A stretch of DNA of 48,563 nucleotides, taken from Octopus bimaculoides (Eukaryota). The translations under genes were made by a program, and so were the position numbers. Location: assembly GCF_001194135.2 (NCBI RefSeq), contig NC_068982.1, forward strand, positions 106,071,902-106,120,464, given 5' to 3'. Below, piece after piece: positions 1 to 11,169 of this stretch. The notes beneath the pieces are model-generated. The model was not told the DNA's origin, made no database searches, and saw only the letters and a list, made by a program, of their open reading frames with translations. How positions within the stretch are numbered: position 1 is the stretch's first letter; every line of letters starts with the position of its first letter.

Positions 1-60
1 AGACAAAATGATATAACAAAGCCAAGGCTGTGAAGAATATATGTATAAGTGTATGTATGA

Positions 61-85
61 TTATATATATACACACACACACACC

Positions 86-127
<42 letters not shown>

Positions 128-210
128 TGTATGTGTATGTGTATGTGTGTGTGTCTGTGTGTGTGTGTGTGTGTGTATGTGTGTGTGTGTATGTGTGTGT
201 GTGCGTGTAT
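61..210. repeat. (CA)n/(TG)n compound microsatellite
   Basis: Direct reading: (AC)n switching to (GT)n. Confidence 0.95.
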
Positions 211-211
211 A

Positions 212-1012
212 CAGGGGTTGGACAGGAAACACCTTAACATTTCAAACAAATTTATTTTAATATGGGGTAAGACCACCTTTAGCAGTAATTACAGCTTGAA
301 TTCTATGCAAATTCATGCAAAGTTTCAATTGTTTCCAAAGGAATTTCTGTTCATTGTTCAGCTAAAACAGTCTCTAATTTTTGTTGTGATGATGGTGGAG
401 GATATCGATTTCTTGCTTGTTTTTCTAAAATGCACCATAAATGTTCAATAATATTAAGATCTGGGGACTGTGGTGGCCAGATAAGATGTTCCACATCACT
501 AGAATGTTACTCGTGCCATTCTGTAACAACTTCAGCTGTGTGAATTGGTGCATTATCATCCTGAAAGATTGCGTTTCCCTCTGGATACAGTTCCGCAACC
601 ATAGGATGGATTTGATCAGATAAAATACTTAAATAGTCTTTACTATTAATTCTGCCATGAAGAGTAACCATTGGGCTGGCGGATTTCCAAGATATAGCCC
701 CCCCACCCGCCAAGATCATCACAGATCCTCCGCCATGTTTAACAGTTGGAAGAAGGCAGTCTGGTTCAAATGCTTCTTTTTTGCTGCTCCACGCGTATAC
801 TCGGCCGGTGGTCGGAAATAAGGTAATGGATGACTCGTCTGAGAAAACAACATTTTTTCACTGCTCTAGGGACCAATTCTGTAGGTTTTTGCTCCACTCT
901 AAACGCTTTGCAACGTTTGTTTTTGAAAGCAGTGGTTCTCTGATTGTAGCCCTCCCGTGAAATCTGGCTTTGTGCAGCTCCCAGCGAACAGTTTTTGTAG
1001 AAACTGGGTTCT
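212..1012 (-). mobile_element. Tc1/mariner-superfamily DNA transposon relic (3' TIR plus decayed DDE transposase, DD36E spacing)
   Basis: TA followed by TIR-like CAGGGGTTGGACA at 212. Minus-strand translation with internal stops and frameshifts: STKTVRWELHKARFHGR..KNVVFSDESS (D 837-839)..TVKHGGGSVM..FQDDNAPIH (D 555-557)..WPPQSPDLNIIEHLW (E 444-446)..RIQAVITAKGGLTPY* (stop 257-259). Cut at its 5' side by a SINE at 1013. Confidence 0.93.
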
Positions 1013-1157
1013 CGAGCTGGCAGAAACATTAACGCTACGTGCGAAATGCTTAGCGGTATTTCGTCTGCCGCTACGTTGTGAGTTCGAATTCTGCCGAGGT
1101 CGACTTTGCCTTTCATCTTTTCGGGGTCGATTAAATAAATACCAGTTACGCACTGGG
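1013..1157 (+). mobile_element. tRNA-derived SINE family B (head GGCGAGCTGGCAGAA), running into a gap
   Basis: CGAGCTGGCAGAAACATTAACG..B-box-like GAGTTCGAATTC..GTCGACTTTGCCTTTCATC..GGGGTCGAT; homologous to the copy at 22589 and others in the window. Confidence 0.9.
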
Positions 1158-2091
1158 NNNNNNNNNNNNNNNNNNNNNNNNNNNNNNNNNNNNNNNNNNN
1201 NNNNNNNNNNNNNNNNNNNNNNNNNNNNNNNNNNNNNNNNNNNNNNNNNNNNNNNNNNNNNNNNNNNNNNNNNNNNNNNNNNNNNNNNNNNNNNNNNNNN
1301 NNNNNNNNNNNNNNNNNNNNNNNNNNNNNNNNNNNNNNNNNNNNNNNNNNNNNNNNNNNNNNNNNNNNNNNNNNNNNNNNNNNNNNNNNNNNNNNNNNNN
1401 NNNNNNNNNNNNNNNNNNNNNNNNNNNNNNNNNNNNNNNNNNNNNNNNNNNNNNNNNNNNNNNNNNNNNNNNNNNNNNNNNNNNNNNNNNNNNNNNNNNN
1501 NNNNNNNNNNNNNNNNNNNNNNNNNNNNNNNNNNNNNNNNNNNNNNNNNNNNNNNNNNNNNNNNNNNNNNNNNNNNNNNNNNNNNNNNNNNNNNNNNNNN
1601 NNNNNNNNNNNNNNNNNNNNNNNNNNNNNNNNNNNNNNNNNNNNNNNNNNNNNNNNNNNNNNNNNNNNNNNNNNNNNNNNNNNNNNNNNNNNNNNNNNNN
1701 NNNNNNNNNNNNNNNNNNNNNNNNNNNNNNNNNNNNNNNNNNNNNNNNNNNNNNNNNNNNNNNNNNNNNNNNNNNNNNNNNNNNNNNNNNNNNNNNNNNN
1801 NNNNNNNNNNNNNNNNNNNNNNNNNNNNNNNNNNNNNNNNNNNNNNNNNNNNNNNNNNNNNNNNNNNNNNNNNNNNNNNNNNNNNNNNNNNNNNNNNNNN
1901 NNNNNNNNNNNNNNNNNNNNNNNNNNNNNNNNNNNNNNNNNNNNNNNNNNNNNNNNNNNNNNNNNNNNNNNNNNNNNNNNNNNNNNNNNNNNNNNNNNNN
2001 NNNNNNNNNNNNNNNNNNNNNNNNNNNNNNNNNNNNNNNNNNNNNNNNNNNNNNNNNNNNNNNNNNNNNNNNNNNNNNNNNNNNNNNNNNN

Positions 2092-2124
<33 letters not shown>

Positions 2125-2179
2125 CATACTGCCTTTCTTTTCTCCTATGTTTAGTGGCTTGCTGTATCCCATCTATCAT

Positions 2180-2640
2180 TCCTTTTCGCCCATAACCATA
2201 CTGAGCTTTTCTCACTTGTCTCTGACAGGCGTTTCATTGTCACTATTCTTTTGCGATCCCTGATTCCGATCTAACCTAATGGTTAGCACATGGATACTGC
2301 GAAAAATCCCTGTACGCCATCTTCCACAGCATTTACTGTGCAACATTACCTCCCGTTTGCTAGCCCTTTCACCAGGTCATCATACTCTCTCATCTTGAAG
2401 TACTGTTGTTCCTCTATTCGGCTGTCATAAGTGGCTGTCAACTCAACCAAGATGATTCTAGCACCTGATTCCACCTTAGGACAATATCTGGACTGATAAC
2501 CTTTTGGATATGCCTTCACCAGTCTGGGAAGTCACCGTATACTTCCCATTCGCATTTAAGTCCAAGTAGGTGTTGTCTGAGAACTACTTCATCATTGAGA
2601 TTCTTTTTTGACTCAAACCGCTTCTCCTCTTCTGTTACAA
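2180..2640 (-). mobile_element. RLE-class non-LTR retrotransposon C-terminal fragment (HERO-like restriction-like endonuclease)
   Basis: Minus-strand translation with frameshifts: EWEVYGDFPD..SPDIVL..ARIILVELTATYDSRIEEQQYFKMREYDDLVKGL..AVEDGVQGFF..MKRLSETSEKA..WAKR. This fits the PD..ELT..E..K..Y..L..EVGxRGF..WxKR pattern I recall for HERO RLE domains. Confidence 0.75.
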
Positions 2641-2819
2641 ACATCAAGGCTGATTTCGTAGTCTCAGATTGCCTCTAGTCCCCAGATTGAACGACTTAAC
2701 TTTTCCAGCACTCTGTTATATCTCCATGTATATCTGTATATAGAAGTGTTTGAATTTGATGACTATATCTGGCGGTGAGGCACGTGGAGTAGGGAGAGAT
2801 ACATAGATAGATTGATAGT

Positions 2820-2879
2820 TGGAGAGAGAGAGAGAGAGAAAGGTAGAAAGATAGCTAGCTAGCTAGCTAGCTAGCTAGC

Positions 2880-2953
<74 letters not shown>
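2820..2953. repeat. (AG)n-(TAGC)n-(GATA)n compound microsatellite
   Basis: Direct reading. Confidence 0.95.
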
Positions 2954-2954
<1 letters not shown>

Positions 2955-3239
2955 GGGAGGCAAAGCGAAAAAGGGTGGATGAGCTTGTGAAGAGTTTTGT
3001 TTTGTGGATATGAAGCCGAAGGGACATTCAGCGTAGATCTGAATCTCTGTCATTTTCAGCCAATTAGGTGGCTTGAAGTGACAGAGGCTTTGAGGGTCAA
3101 AGATTGTTATGTAGTAGATATTGATGAAGCAGAGATCAAACGATCTGATAGGAAAAGAGACGTATAAAATTGGTCGTGTAAAATTGAATTTGAAGGCGAG
3201 AAAGAGGTGAATATTAACTGGAGTATGTGTATGAGTATG

Positions 3240-3372
3240 AGTGAGTGTGTGTGCGTATGTGTGTGTGTGTGTGCGTATGTGTGTGTGTGTGTGTGCGTGT
3301 GTGTGTGCGTGTGTGTGTGCGTGTGTGTGTGTGCGTGTGTGTGTGTGTGCGTGTGTGTGCGTGTGCGTGCAT
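3240..3372. repeat. (GT)n/(GTGC) alternating purine-pyrimidine microsatellite
   Basis: Direct reading. Confidence 0.95.
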
Positions 3373-3592
3373 GTTAGTCAATAATACGAGTATTTGAGTT
3401 CATCAAAGCAAACGAATCAGCATCTACTTTCTTACTGCCGTTCTGGGAGGAATCTTTGCATTGAGGTGACCAAGAATAATGACTTCAGAAAGCTGCGAGG
3501 CGTGAGAATTGTTGGCTGAGAGAACTGGGCATAGGAATCAATGTGGTGTCTAGGATGAAATTGAATTAAAAGTAAAGGAGGAAGGACTAGAA

Positions 3593-4120
3593 CAGGGGTC
3601 GCCAAACCAGGGTAAATTACCCCAAGCAGGTAAAAAATAAAATTCTGGAGGTAATGAGGACTCATTATACTTAAGTAAAATTATATAAAAAACATTTGTT
3701 ACGACAGAAATGTTTCTTCTGGCATGAGGAGGTAGTCAAAAAGGATTTTCCACTCTAATGAACATAAAAACAAAGCAGAGTAATCGATTGGACCTTGAAG
3801 ACAGTATCCAAATTACTCTGGCATCAAAATGCTCCACTTTTGATGTAACTGTAACAAAAATGAAACAATATCATTTCTCCAAAACCTGAAGTGAAAAAGT
3901 TTCTAGAAAAATCTTTTTATTTCATAATGAGGATATTATTTTATTTTATCGCATTTGTTTTATACTGTTTACATTTATAAATTTATTCTCCATATAGATA
4001 GATTCAATAAACCTCTTGAATTCAAAGAATCTTTGAATTTCCCTTTCAAATCAAGGGGGTAACATCGACGTAAATAAATATATTTTGGGGTAATTGGTTA
4101 AAAAAGTTCCCTAACTCTTG
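3593..4120 (+). mobile_element. hAT (Charlie/Buster-type) internally deleted element with transposase C-terminal remnant
   Basis: Exact 8-bp TSD GACTAGAA at 3585-3592 and 4121-4128. Left TIR CAGGGGTCGCCAAAC; right TIR degenerate. 3737-3889 reads QKGFSTLMNIKTKQSNRLDLEDSIQITLAS..KQYHFS*, resembling the hAT C-terminal dimerisation domain. Confidence 0.85.
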
Positions 4121-4327
4121 GACTAGAATACGGGTGGCATGTGTGTGGGAGGTGGTATCTAACTACATTGTTCTAAGGTATAAAAGTCGCTGTAGTCTTA
4201 AAAGAAAAAGCCAAGTGAGGAGACAGTACATTTGTAGGTCAGAGGCTGGATTAGGTTGGTAAGCATTTCCATGGCCATCAGCCAGATGATTTATTTTGGA
4301 CGTAGTTCAGAATGCATTTGTGTAAAG

Positions 4328-4869
4328 CAGTGGTTCTCAACCATTTTTTCCATTATTGACCCCTATGATTCCTATTTTATTCGGTTGAGCCCTGGTAGTC
4401 ATTCGATGTTTTAAAAAGTCTCATAATATTTTTATAATTAAATATTATTGAGAGTTGTATAAAAAAAGTGAAGCGATGTTTATCGCCACTTAAACATGGT
4501 TGTTCTGTAGGAACCGACACTACTGTTCTTTTAACCCCAGGAGGATGCCTCCTCCAAGGAACCGACATTACTGTTATTTCAACCCCAGGAGGACGCCTAT
4601 TCCAGCTGGTTCTCATGGGGTTAAAATAGCAGTAATGTCGGTTCCTTCAGAATAGCTATGTTTAAGCGGCAATAAACATTACTTCTCAGTATAATTACTG
4701 CTTTCATTTCCTACAGAGATTTTCTTAACTCGCTAATTTGCTTGTTATAAAAATGTGTTAAAATATTTTCTGTATTGTAGAAGTATAGACAATTTATTGC
4801 ACATAAATTTTAATTACAAAATCTCATATGGACCCCAGAGGTCATAGGGACCCCGGTTGAGAACCACTG
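4328..4869. mobile_element. hAT-type MITE with perfect 15-bp TIRs
   Basis: CAGTGGTTCTCAACC (4328-4342) and GGTTGAGAACCACTG (4855-4869); 8-bp TSD GTGTAAAG/GAGTAAAG (7/8 match); no coding capacity. Confidence 0.93.
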
Positions 4870-5910
4870 GAGTAAAGTAACAGGGCTGTACCAGGTCTGA
4901 AAGCAGTATGTGGAAGTGTAACCCACTAATCCCTCGTAGGTTACACTTGAGATCTACGAAGAGTCAGCAGTTGTTCGAAGCTGAAGTATTTTTCTGGATT
5001 TGAAAAAGGAGGCTTGTTTGTGACGTAGTTTTTTTTTTTTCTGTTATGAATATGACAACAACTACAGATTTTCATTACTGATTGCGAGGCCTTGAATTCG
5101 AGGCAATTTTGAGGGTTGCGTGTTGTCGAAGATTAAAGTGTGAGACAGAAATATAAGCAAATTTTCTTACTGTGTCGTCAGATAAAACTATATTGTTAAT
5201 GTGAAATAATTTACTTGTTTGTACTAAGTAAGTTCTCCCAATTTTGAGAGCATTTTTATTATCGAAATATAATTTAAGAAAGTGCGATTGTGAATGTTTT
5301 TATCAACTGAACCATATCAAGGCAACGAGCCATAATTATGTTTAGGCAGTCCAACATATCAAGTGTCACTAACTTACACGTATTTCAATTTCAATATTCT
5401 CTGACATTTTATAGAATTTTAAATTAATTTTATGGATTGAGAAATTTGATTTCTTAAAAATGCAAGAACATGTTCGCTTCATCCTTTGACTAGATGAATA
5501 TATATTTTTGTTTGCGGATGTTTGCTTTTTTTCTGTGTGCAAAAAAAAAAAAAAGAAAAAAAAAGAATTTAGAATAGGAATTCCCTTTCCTCAAAAGACG
5601 ATAAATTTCTTTGCTTTCGTGATAAACGTATTTATTCAAGAATGCGATTTTATAGTAGATGTTAATGGGTTACTAAAGTGTAAATAAACTACTTGTAAAT
5701 TTAGGGTAATACGAATTTCATTTGAGAAATTCAGTTAATGTTGAAAAGCAAACTCTTCACCAAGTTAATTTAAGTCTATCTTCTCTCAAGACGTGCAGTG
5801 CCTTAGTAGATAAAATACGAACTACCAGCACATGGACAAAGATTTTATTTTACGTACCCTACATTTAATTTTCTTCCTTCATCATAGTTTAACCCAAAAT
5901 CAATCCTAAT

Positions 5911-6060
5911 TGAGCACTCTATCCGTGACCATCTCATCAGTTTGTATATAAGGGAAGGACTATATTCTCCTATATATCCGACATCAGTTAAGGTAATAAG
6001 GGAGATTCACCTGCTATTTCTAGCAGGTAGGGCAATGATTCAGGTAGGAGGGATATCTCA
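5911..6060 (+). repeat. Unclassified interspersed repeat family D (core CTGCTATTTCTAGCAGGT)
   Basis: Core ACCTGCTA-TTTC-TAGCAGGT at about 6009-6028 recurs at about 17995-18013 and, degenerate, near 18900 and 31485. Confidence 0.6.
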
Positions 6061-6299
6061 GTGGAGAGCTACCTGCTGTAGACTATCACAGGAATACTGA
6101 ATGTTGTAGATCGAATGAATTTCGCAGCCTCTTCTATTCATTTGACGATATAGAAGTTAAATTGAGATCAGTTCCCTATGAACAAAATTACTTTTTCTCA
6201 GAAGTCAGAATTTGTGAGTGATGCAATAATCAGCCTTTTAGGTGGAATGATATCTTAGTGATACTTACAACCAATATTGCTTTCTTTCATTGGTTCAAG

Positions 6300-6334
6300 G
6301 CCTCAGATCTGTGTGCGATGGAAAATATGACAGT
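6300..6334 (+). CDS. Candidate first coding exon (ATG 6318, MENMT[V]) of an unknown secreted or membrane protein
   Basis: Pyrimidine tract TTTCTTTC..CAAG acceptor at 6299; gcgATGg context; weak donor GT|GTAACG at 6335; phase-compatible with the 6559 exon. Inference only. Confidence 0.25.
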
Positions 6335-6558
6335 GTAACGTTTATAACTTTCTCAATGGCTTTAGTGATGTATATAAAATAAAATGCCGACAAACGAGAA
6401 AGGAAACTGAACTGCATGTCGGCTTACCGGAAATTTACGGCATTCGTGTCTCTCAATCATTTACGATAAAGCAACATTCTGAATCGTATATCTATATTGC
6501 ATTTTGCTGTACAATGAATTGAGATGGTTGAATACTAACATAAAGTATTTCTTTGTAG

Positions 6559-6641
6559 TGGCATCACTGTTTTCTGCTTGATTATTTGCTGTCAGATTTA
6601 TGCACGCACTATTGTCTCTATAGAATTCAGTGCAAGAAGAG
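6559..6641 (+). CDS. Candidate internal exon encoding a signal-peptide-like segment (GITVFCLIICCQIYARTIVSIEFSARR)
   Basis: Perfect branch-point TACTAAC at 6533-6539, acceptor TTTCTTTGTAG ending 6558, donor GAG|GTATGA at 6642, and an open hydrophobic frame. Confidence 0.4.
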
Positions 6642-6884
6642 GTATGAGTTGTGATGTTTATGCATTTCCCGAGGAATATTGTTTCGGAAGTGAAAGTGGC
6701 AAAAACCTTGAATCGTACCTGAAAGTTTAATCACGTACTGCCAGTGTTGTAAATTACGGTACCACATTATTTTTTATCACGAATTTACGACCATTGATGT
6801 AAATCAAATAAACATTTTCGAATCTACACAATATCGTGTGAACAAATGTCTTATGATACTCCTCGGTTGACCAAAACCCTATAT

Positions 6885-6889
6885 GCACG

Positions 6890-6959
<70 letters not shown>

Positions 6960-7027
6960 TTTAAGGAAATGGTTGAGCGTGACTTCGAAGTCAATATCGA
7001 ACTTTACCTTGCTCTCTCTCTCTATAT

Positions 7028-7101
<74 letters not shown>

Positions 7102-7106
7102 GAGAC
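6885..7106. repeat. (TCTA)n, (TTTC)n, (TA)n and (GA)n microsatellite cluster
   Basis: Direct reading. Confidence 0.9.
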
Positions 7107-7646
7107 AAACCGCGTGCGACGACAAATGNNNNNNNNNNNNNNNNNNNNNNNNNNNNNNNNNNNNNNNNNNNNNNNNNNNNNNNNNNNNNNNNNNNNNNNN
7201 NNNNNNNNNNNNNNNNNNNNNNNNNNNNNNNNNNNNNNNNNNNNNNNNNNNNNNNNNNNNNNNNNNNNNNNNNNNNNNNNNNNNNNNNNNNNNNNNNNNN
7301 NNNNNNNNNNNNNNNNNNNNNNNNNNNNNNNNNNNNNNNNNNNNNNNNNNNNNNNNNNNNNNNNNNNNNNNNNNNNNNNNNNNNNNNNNNNNNNNNNNNN
7401 NNNNNNNNNNNNNNNNNNNNNNNNNNNNNNNNNNNNNNNNNNNNNNNNNNNNNNNNNNNNNNNNNNNNNNNNNNNNNNNNNNNNNNNNNNNNNNNNNNNN
7501 NNNNNNNNNNNNNNNNNNNNNNNNNNNNNNNNNNNNNNNNNNNNNNNNNNNNNNNNNNNNNNNNNNNNNNNNNNNNNNNNNNNNNNNNNNNNNNNNNNNN
7601 NNNNNNNNNNNNNNNNNNNNNNNNNNNNNNNNNNNNNNNNNNNNNN

Positions 7647-7850
7647 CGTGTATATCGTTGGCGATTTTTTCTTCCTCCGTCTTCCCTTCTTTGGACTTTC
7701 CTATATTTCCGACGAAGAGTTCCGCTCTAAACGTCATATTCGCTTTCTTTCCTTTCCCGAGCCTCCAGTAACACAATATCTGTACCACGTCCTCGCATTG
7801 TTGTTTTTTTTTTGTTTTTTTTCGTCGTTTTTCTTGTTTGAACTCACTAT
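7647..7850 (+). mobile_element. Short repeat family H, copy 1 (Penelope pseudo-LTR-like, hammerhead-like core at 7709-7735)
   Basis: CCGACGA-AGAGT-TCC-GCTC-TAAA-CGTC; flanks homologous to the copies at 10.9, 37.5 and 46.7 kb; abuts a (TA)n tract. Confidence 0.6.
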
Positions 7851-8108
7851 ATATACATATACATATACATACATAATATATATATATATATACATATGGA
7901 GATAGAGAGAGAGCGAGCGAGAGAGAGAGAGCGAGCGAGAGAGAGAGCGAGAGAGAGAGAGAGAGAGTGAGAGAAAGAGAGAGAGAGAGATGTAAATAAA
8001 ATGACAGGGTTAATTATGTGATTATGTGTGTAAGCATGTCAATATAGTTTTTAGTATACAAGTATACTTCTAGAGGCACTTTTTAAATATATTTTTTCCT
8101 TAATATTA

Positions 8109-8220
8109 CTCCTTGCGGAGTCGATAAAATAGGAAACAGTTGAATACTGGGATCGATATCATCAACTTATCAACCTTCTCTGAAATTACTGGCTTTGTAG
8201 GAAAATTTGAAGTCAATATT
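8109..8220 (+). mobile_element. SINE family B, degenerate 3' half
   Basis: GAGTCGATAAAATAGG..GATCGATATCATCAAC..TGAAATTACTGGCTTTGTAGGAAAATTTGAA matches the tail of the 22589 copy. Confidence 0.75.
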
Positions 8221-8276
8221 ACTTGTAATGAATTGGACACATACGCATACACAGAAATACACTCACCCACGCACGA

Positions 8277-8307
<31 letters not shown>

Positions 8308-9468
8308 CATTGTATGTCACGCATAATCACGTAAGTACACACCACCATGCTCCCACACACTCCAGCGCGGGTAGCAGATTTTTCTAAGCATTTTGACTTC
8401 CCTGTATATTGGTATATGTTTTAAGTTAGACATATATATAAATTCACAAGTTCCTTTCTTTTTAACAAGANNNNNNNNNNNNNNNNNNNNNNNNNNNNNN
8501 NNNNNNNNNNNNNNNNNNNNNNNNNNNNNNNNNNNNNNNNNNNNNNNNNNNNNNNNNNNNNNNNNNNNNNNNNNNNNNNNNNNNNNNNNNNNNNNNNNNN
8601 NNNNNNNNNNNNNNNNNNNNNNNNNNNNNNNNNNNNNNNNNNNNNNNNNNNNNNNNNNNNNNNNNNNNNNNNNNNNNNNNNNNNNNNNNNNNNNNNNNNN
8701 NNNNNNNNNNNNNNNNNNNNNNNNNNNNNNNNNNNNNNNNNNNNNNNNNNNNNNNNNNNNNNNNNNNNNNNNNNNNNNNNNNNNNNNNNNNNNNNNNNNN
8801 NNNNNNNNNNNNNNNNNNNNNNNNNNNNNNNNNNNNNNNNNNNNNNNNNNNNNNNNNNNNNNNNNNNNNNNNNNNNNNNNNNNNNNNNNNNNNNNNNNNN
8901 NNNNNNNNNNNNNNNNNNNNNNNNNNNNNNNNNNNNNNNNNNNNNNNNNNNNNNNNNNNNNNNNNNNNNNNNNNNNNNNNNNNNNNNNNNNNNNNNNNNN
9001 NNNNNNNNNNNNNNNNNNNNNNNNNNNNNNNNNNNNNNNNNNNNNNNNNNNNNNNNNNNNNNNNNNNNNNNNNNNNNNNNNNNNNNNNNNNNNNNNNNNN
9101 NNNNNNNNNNNNNNNNNNNNNNNNNNNNNNNNNNNNNNNNNNNNNNNNNNNNNNNNNNNNNNNNNNNNNNNNNNNNNNNNNNNNNNNNNNNNNNNNNNNN
9201 NNNNNNNNNNNNNNNNNNNNNNNNNNNNNNNNNNNNNNNNNNNNNNNNNNNNNNNNNNNNNNNNNNNNNNNNNNNNNNNNNNNNNNNNNNNNNNNNNNNN
9301 NNNNNNNNNNNNNNNNNNNNNNNNNNNNNNNNNNNNNNNNNNNNNNNNNNNNNNNNNNNNNNNNNNNNNNNNNNNNNNNNNNNNNNNNNNNNNNNNNNNN
9401 NNNNNNNNNNNNNNNNNNNNNNNNNNNNNNNNNNNNNNNNNNNNNNNTATATATATATATAAACACAT

Positions 9469-9499
<31 letters not shown>

Positions 9500-9650
9500 T
9501 ACATATATATCTGTATATATAAAAATAAGAGGAATGACCAGCAAAAGTGGACTCCTATATGCTAGAAATAGATGCTAGACCACTGGTTTTAATTGATTAA
9601 TATCAATTTCTACCCTTATTAATAAATATATGTATATATATATATATACA

Positions 9651-9817
9651 GATAAGAAAAGGAGCAACAATTAACAATTAGAAATTTAACATTGGTATTA
9701 AAAGGTCATAGTTTAATTTACAGCTGTAAATATTTTTTAACTACAATTAAACTATGACCTTTTAATACCAATGATAAACTTCTAATTGTTAATTGTTGCT
9801 CCATTTCTTTTCTTATC
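9651..9817. repeat. 167-bp fold-back palindrome (MITE-like)
   Basis: The left arm GATAAGAAAA-GGAGCAACAATTAACAATTAG..GGTCATAGTTTAATT is the near-perfect reverse complement of the right arm ending ..TTTCTTATC; (TA)n on the left. Confidence 0.9.
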
Positions 9818-10229
9818 TAAATATATTAAACCACGGTTTACCATTTAAACTATCAACTACTGTTAACCTTATAGCAAGTCCTACACGTAGTGAGGTAATG
9901 CACCAGTAGTGCCTACGGATACATTTATCCCTTAGACAGATGCATAATCTGTAACTCATAATTGTTTTATGTATATATACTGAACTACAAAAGAAACGTT
10001 GCACTGTAAAAGATCATTTGTTTCACACACGATATTGAGATTATATGGATTTTATCACATTTCTAGGTAATTTGACATCAGGAAGATGTCACTGACCCAC
10101 AATACCACACTCTTTTGAAAACACAAGGAATGTAGGGCTCGAACTCGCTTACTTTTCGTGAACATGATAATGTTCGCGAACGCGTCTTTATGAAAAACAT
10201 GATGCACGTCCAAAACGTTGACTTATTGG

Positions 10230-10637
10230 GTATAAATGGTACCCAAATTTACCAGCCTGTCCTATTTTATTGCAAGACTATGCCAAACAACACATCACAA
10301 AATGACATTGGCGAAACTACAGGAGTTTGGAGTTTGAGGTTCTCCATCATCCACCATACTCACTTGATCTTGCCCCCACTGACTACCACTTCTTCCAGAA
10401 TTTGGATAACTTTTTGATAGGAAGAAATTTGATTCCGACGATGCTATAAAACAGGACTACCAAGAATTTATTGGCTCTAGATTGCCAGGCTTTTACAATT
10501 CCGGGATGGACAAGCTATCGCTGAAATGGCAAAATGTTTTGATAATATGGGTGCATACTTTGATGAATAAAACCATTCCTTGTATTTATAAAATATTAGC
10601 AAGCTTTTTTTCTACAGATTTCATACTTGACCTAATA
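10230..10637 (+). mobile_element. mariner (DD34D) transposase C-terminal relic with 3' TIR
   Basis: LQDYAKQH (D 10276-10278)..EVLHHPPYSLDLAPTDYHFF (D 10381-10383, 34 codons apart)..FYNSGMDKLSLKWQ..GAYFDE* (10568-10570). Ends in TIR-like GACCTAA followed by TA. Confidence 0.92.
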
Positions 10638-10830
10638 TATATATATATATATATANNNNNNNNNNNNNNNNNNNNNNNNNNNNNNNNNNNNNNNNNNNNN
10701 NNNNNNNNNNNNNNNNNNNNNNNNNNNNNNNNNNNNNNNNNNNNNNNNNNNNNNNNNNNNNNNNNNNNNNNNNNNNNNNNNNNNNNNNNNNNNNNNNNNN
10801 NNNNNNNNNNNNNNNNNNNNNNNNNNNNNN

Positions 10831-11003
10831 CTACATTTACATTTTTTTCTCCTTGTTTCTCTCCTTATTTCTTTCTGTGTTCCTTTCAGTTGAAGAGCGT
10901 AGCTCGAAGCGTCAAAGACTTTCTCTATTCCCGAGCGTTAAACTAATACATCCATTTGTTGTTTACACCACCTGTCTTCGTCTGTTGTTTTTTTCGTAAA
11001 TTC

Positions 11004-11010
<7 letters not shown>
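10831..11010 (+). mobile_element. Short repeat family H, copy 2 (hammerhead-like core at 10883-10917)
   Basis: CTTT-CAGTTGA-AGAGC-GTA-GCTC-GAAG-CGTC-AAAG followed by CCGAGCGTTAAACTAATACA; ends in (TA)n. Confidence 0.65.
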
Positions 11011-11039
<29 letters not shown>

Positions 11040-11169
11040 TTACATACGCATACTTATAATTGATTTCTGTCGTTCAACGAGTTGGATTCATTTGCTCGAT
11101 CAACTGAATTACCTGCTCCTGCATTAGCGTGCATGTATTCCTCAGAGACATGTACCATTGGGATAAATC

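Noticed and set aside
3045-3086. Imperfect 18-bp hairpin as a miRNA precursor
   Set aside because: At 42 nt it is too short, and there is no recognisable mature sequence.
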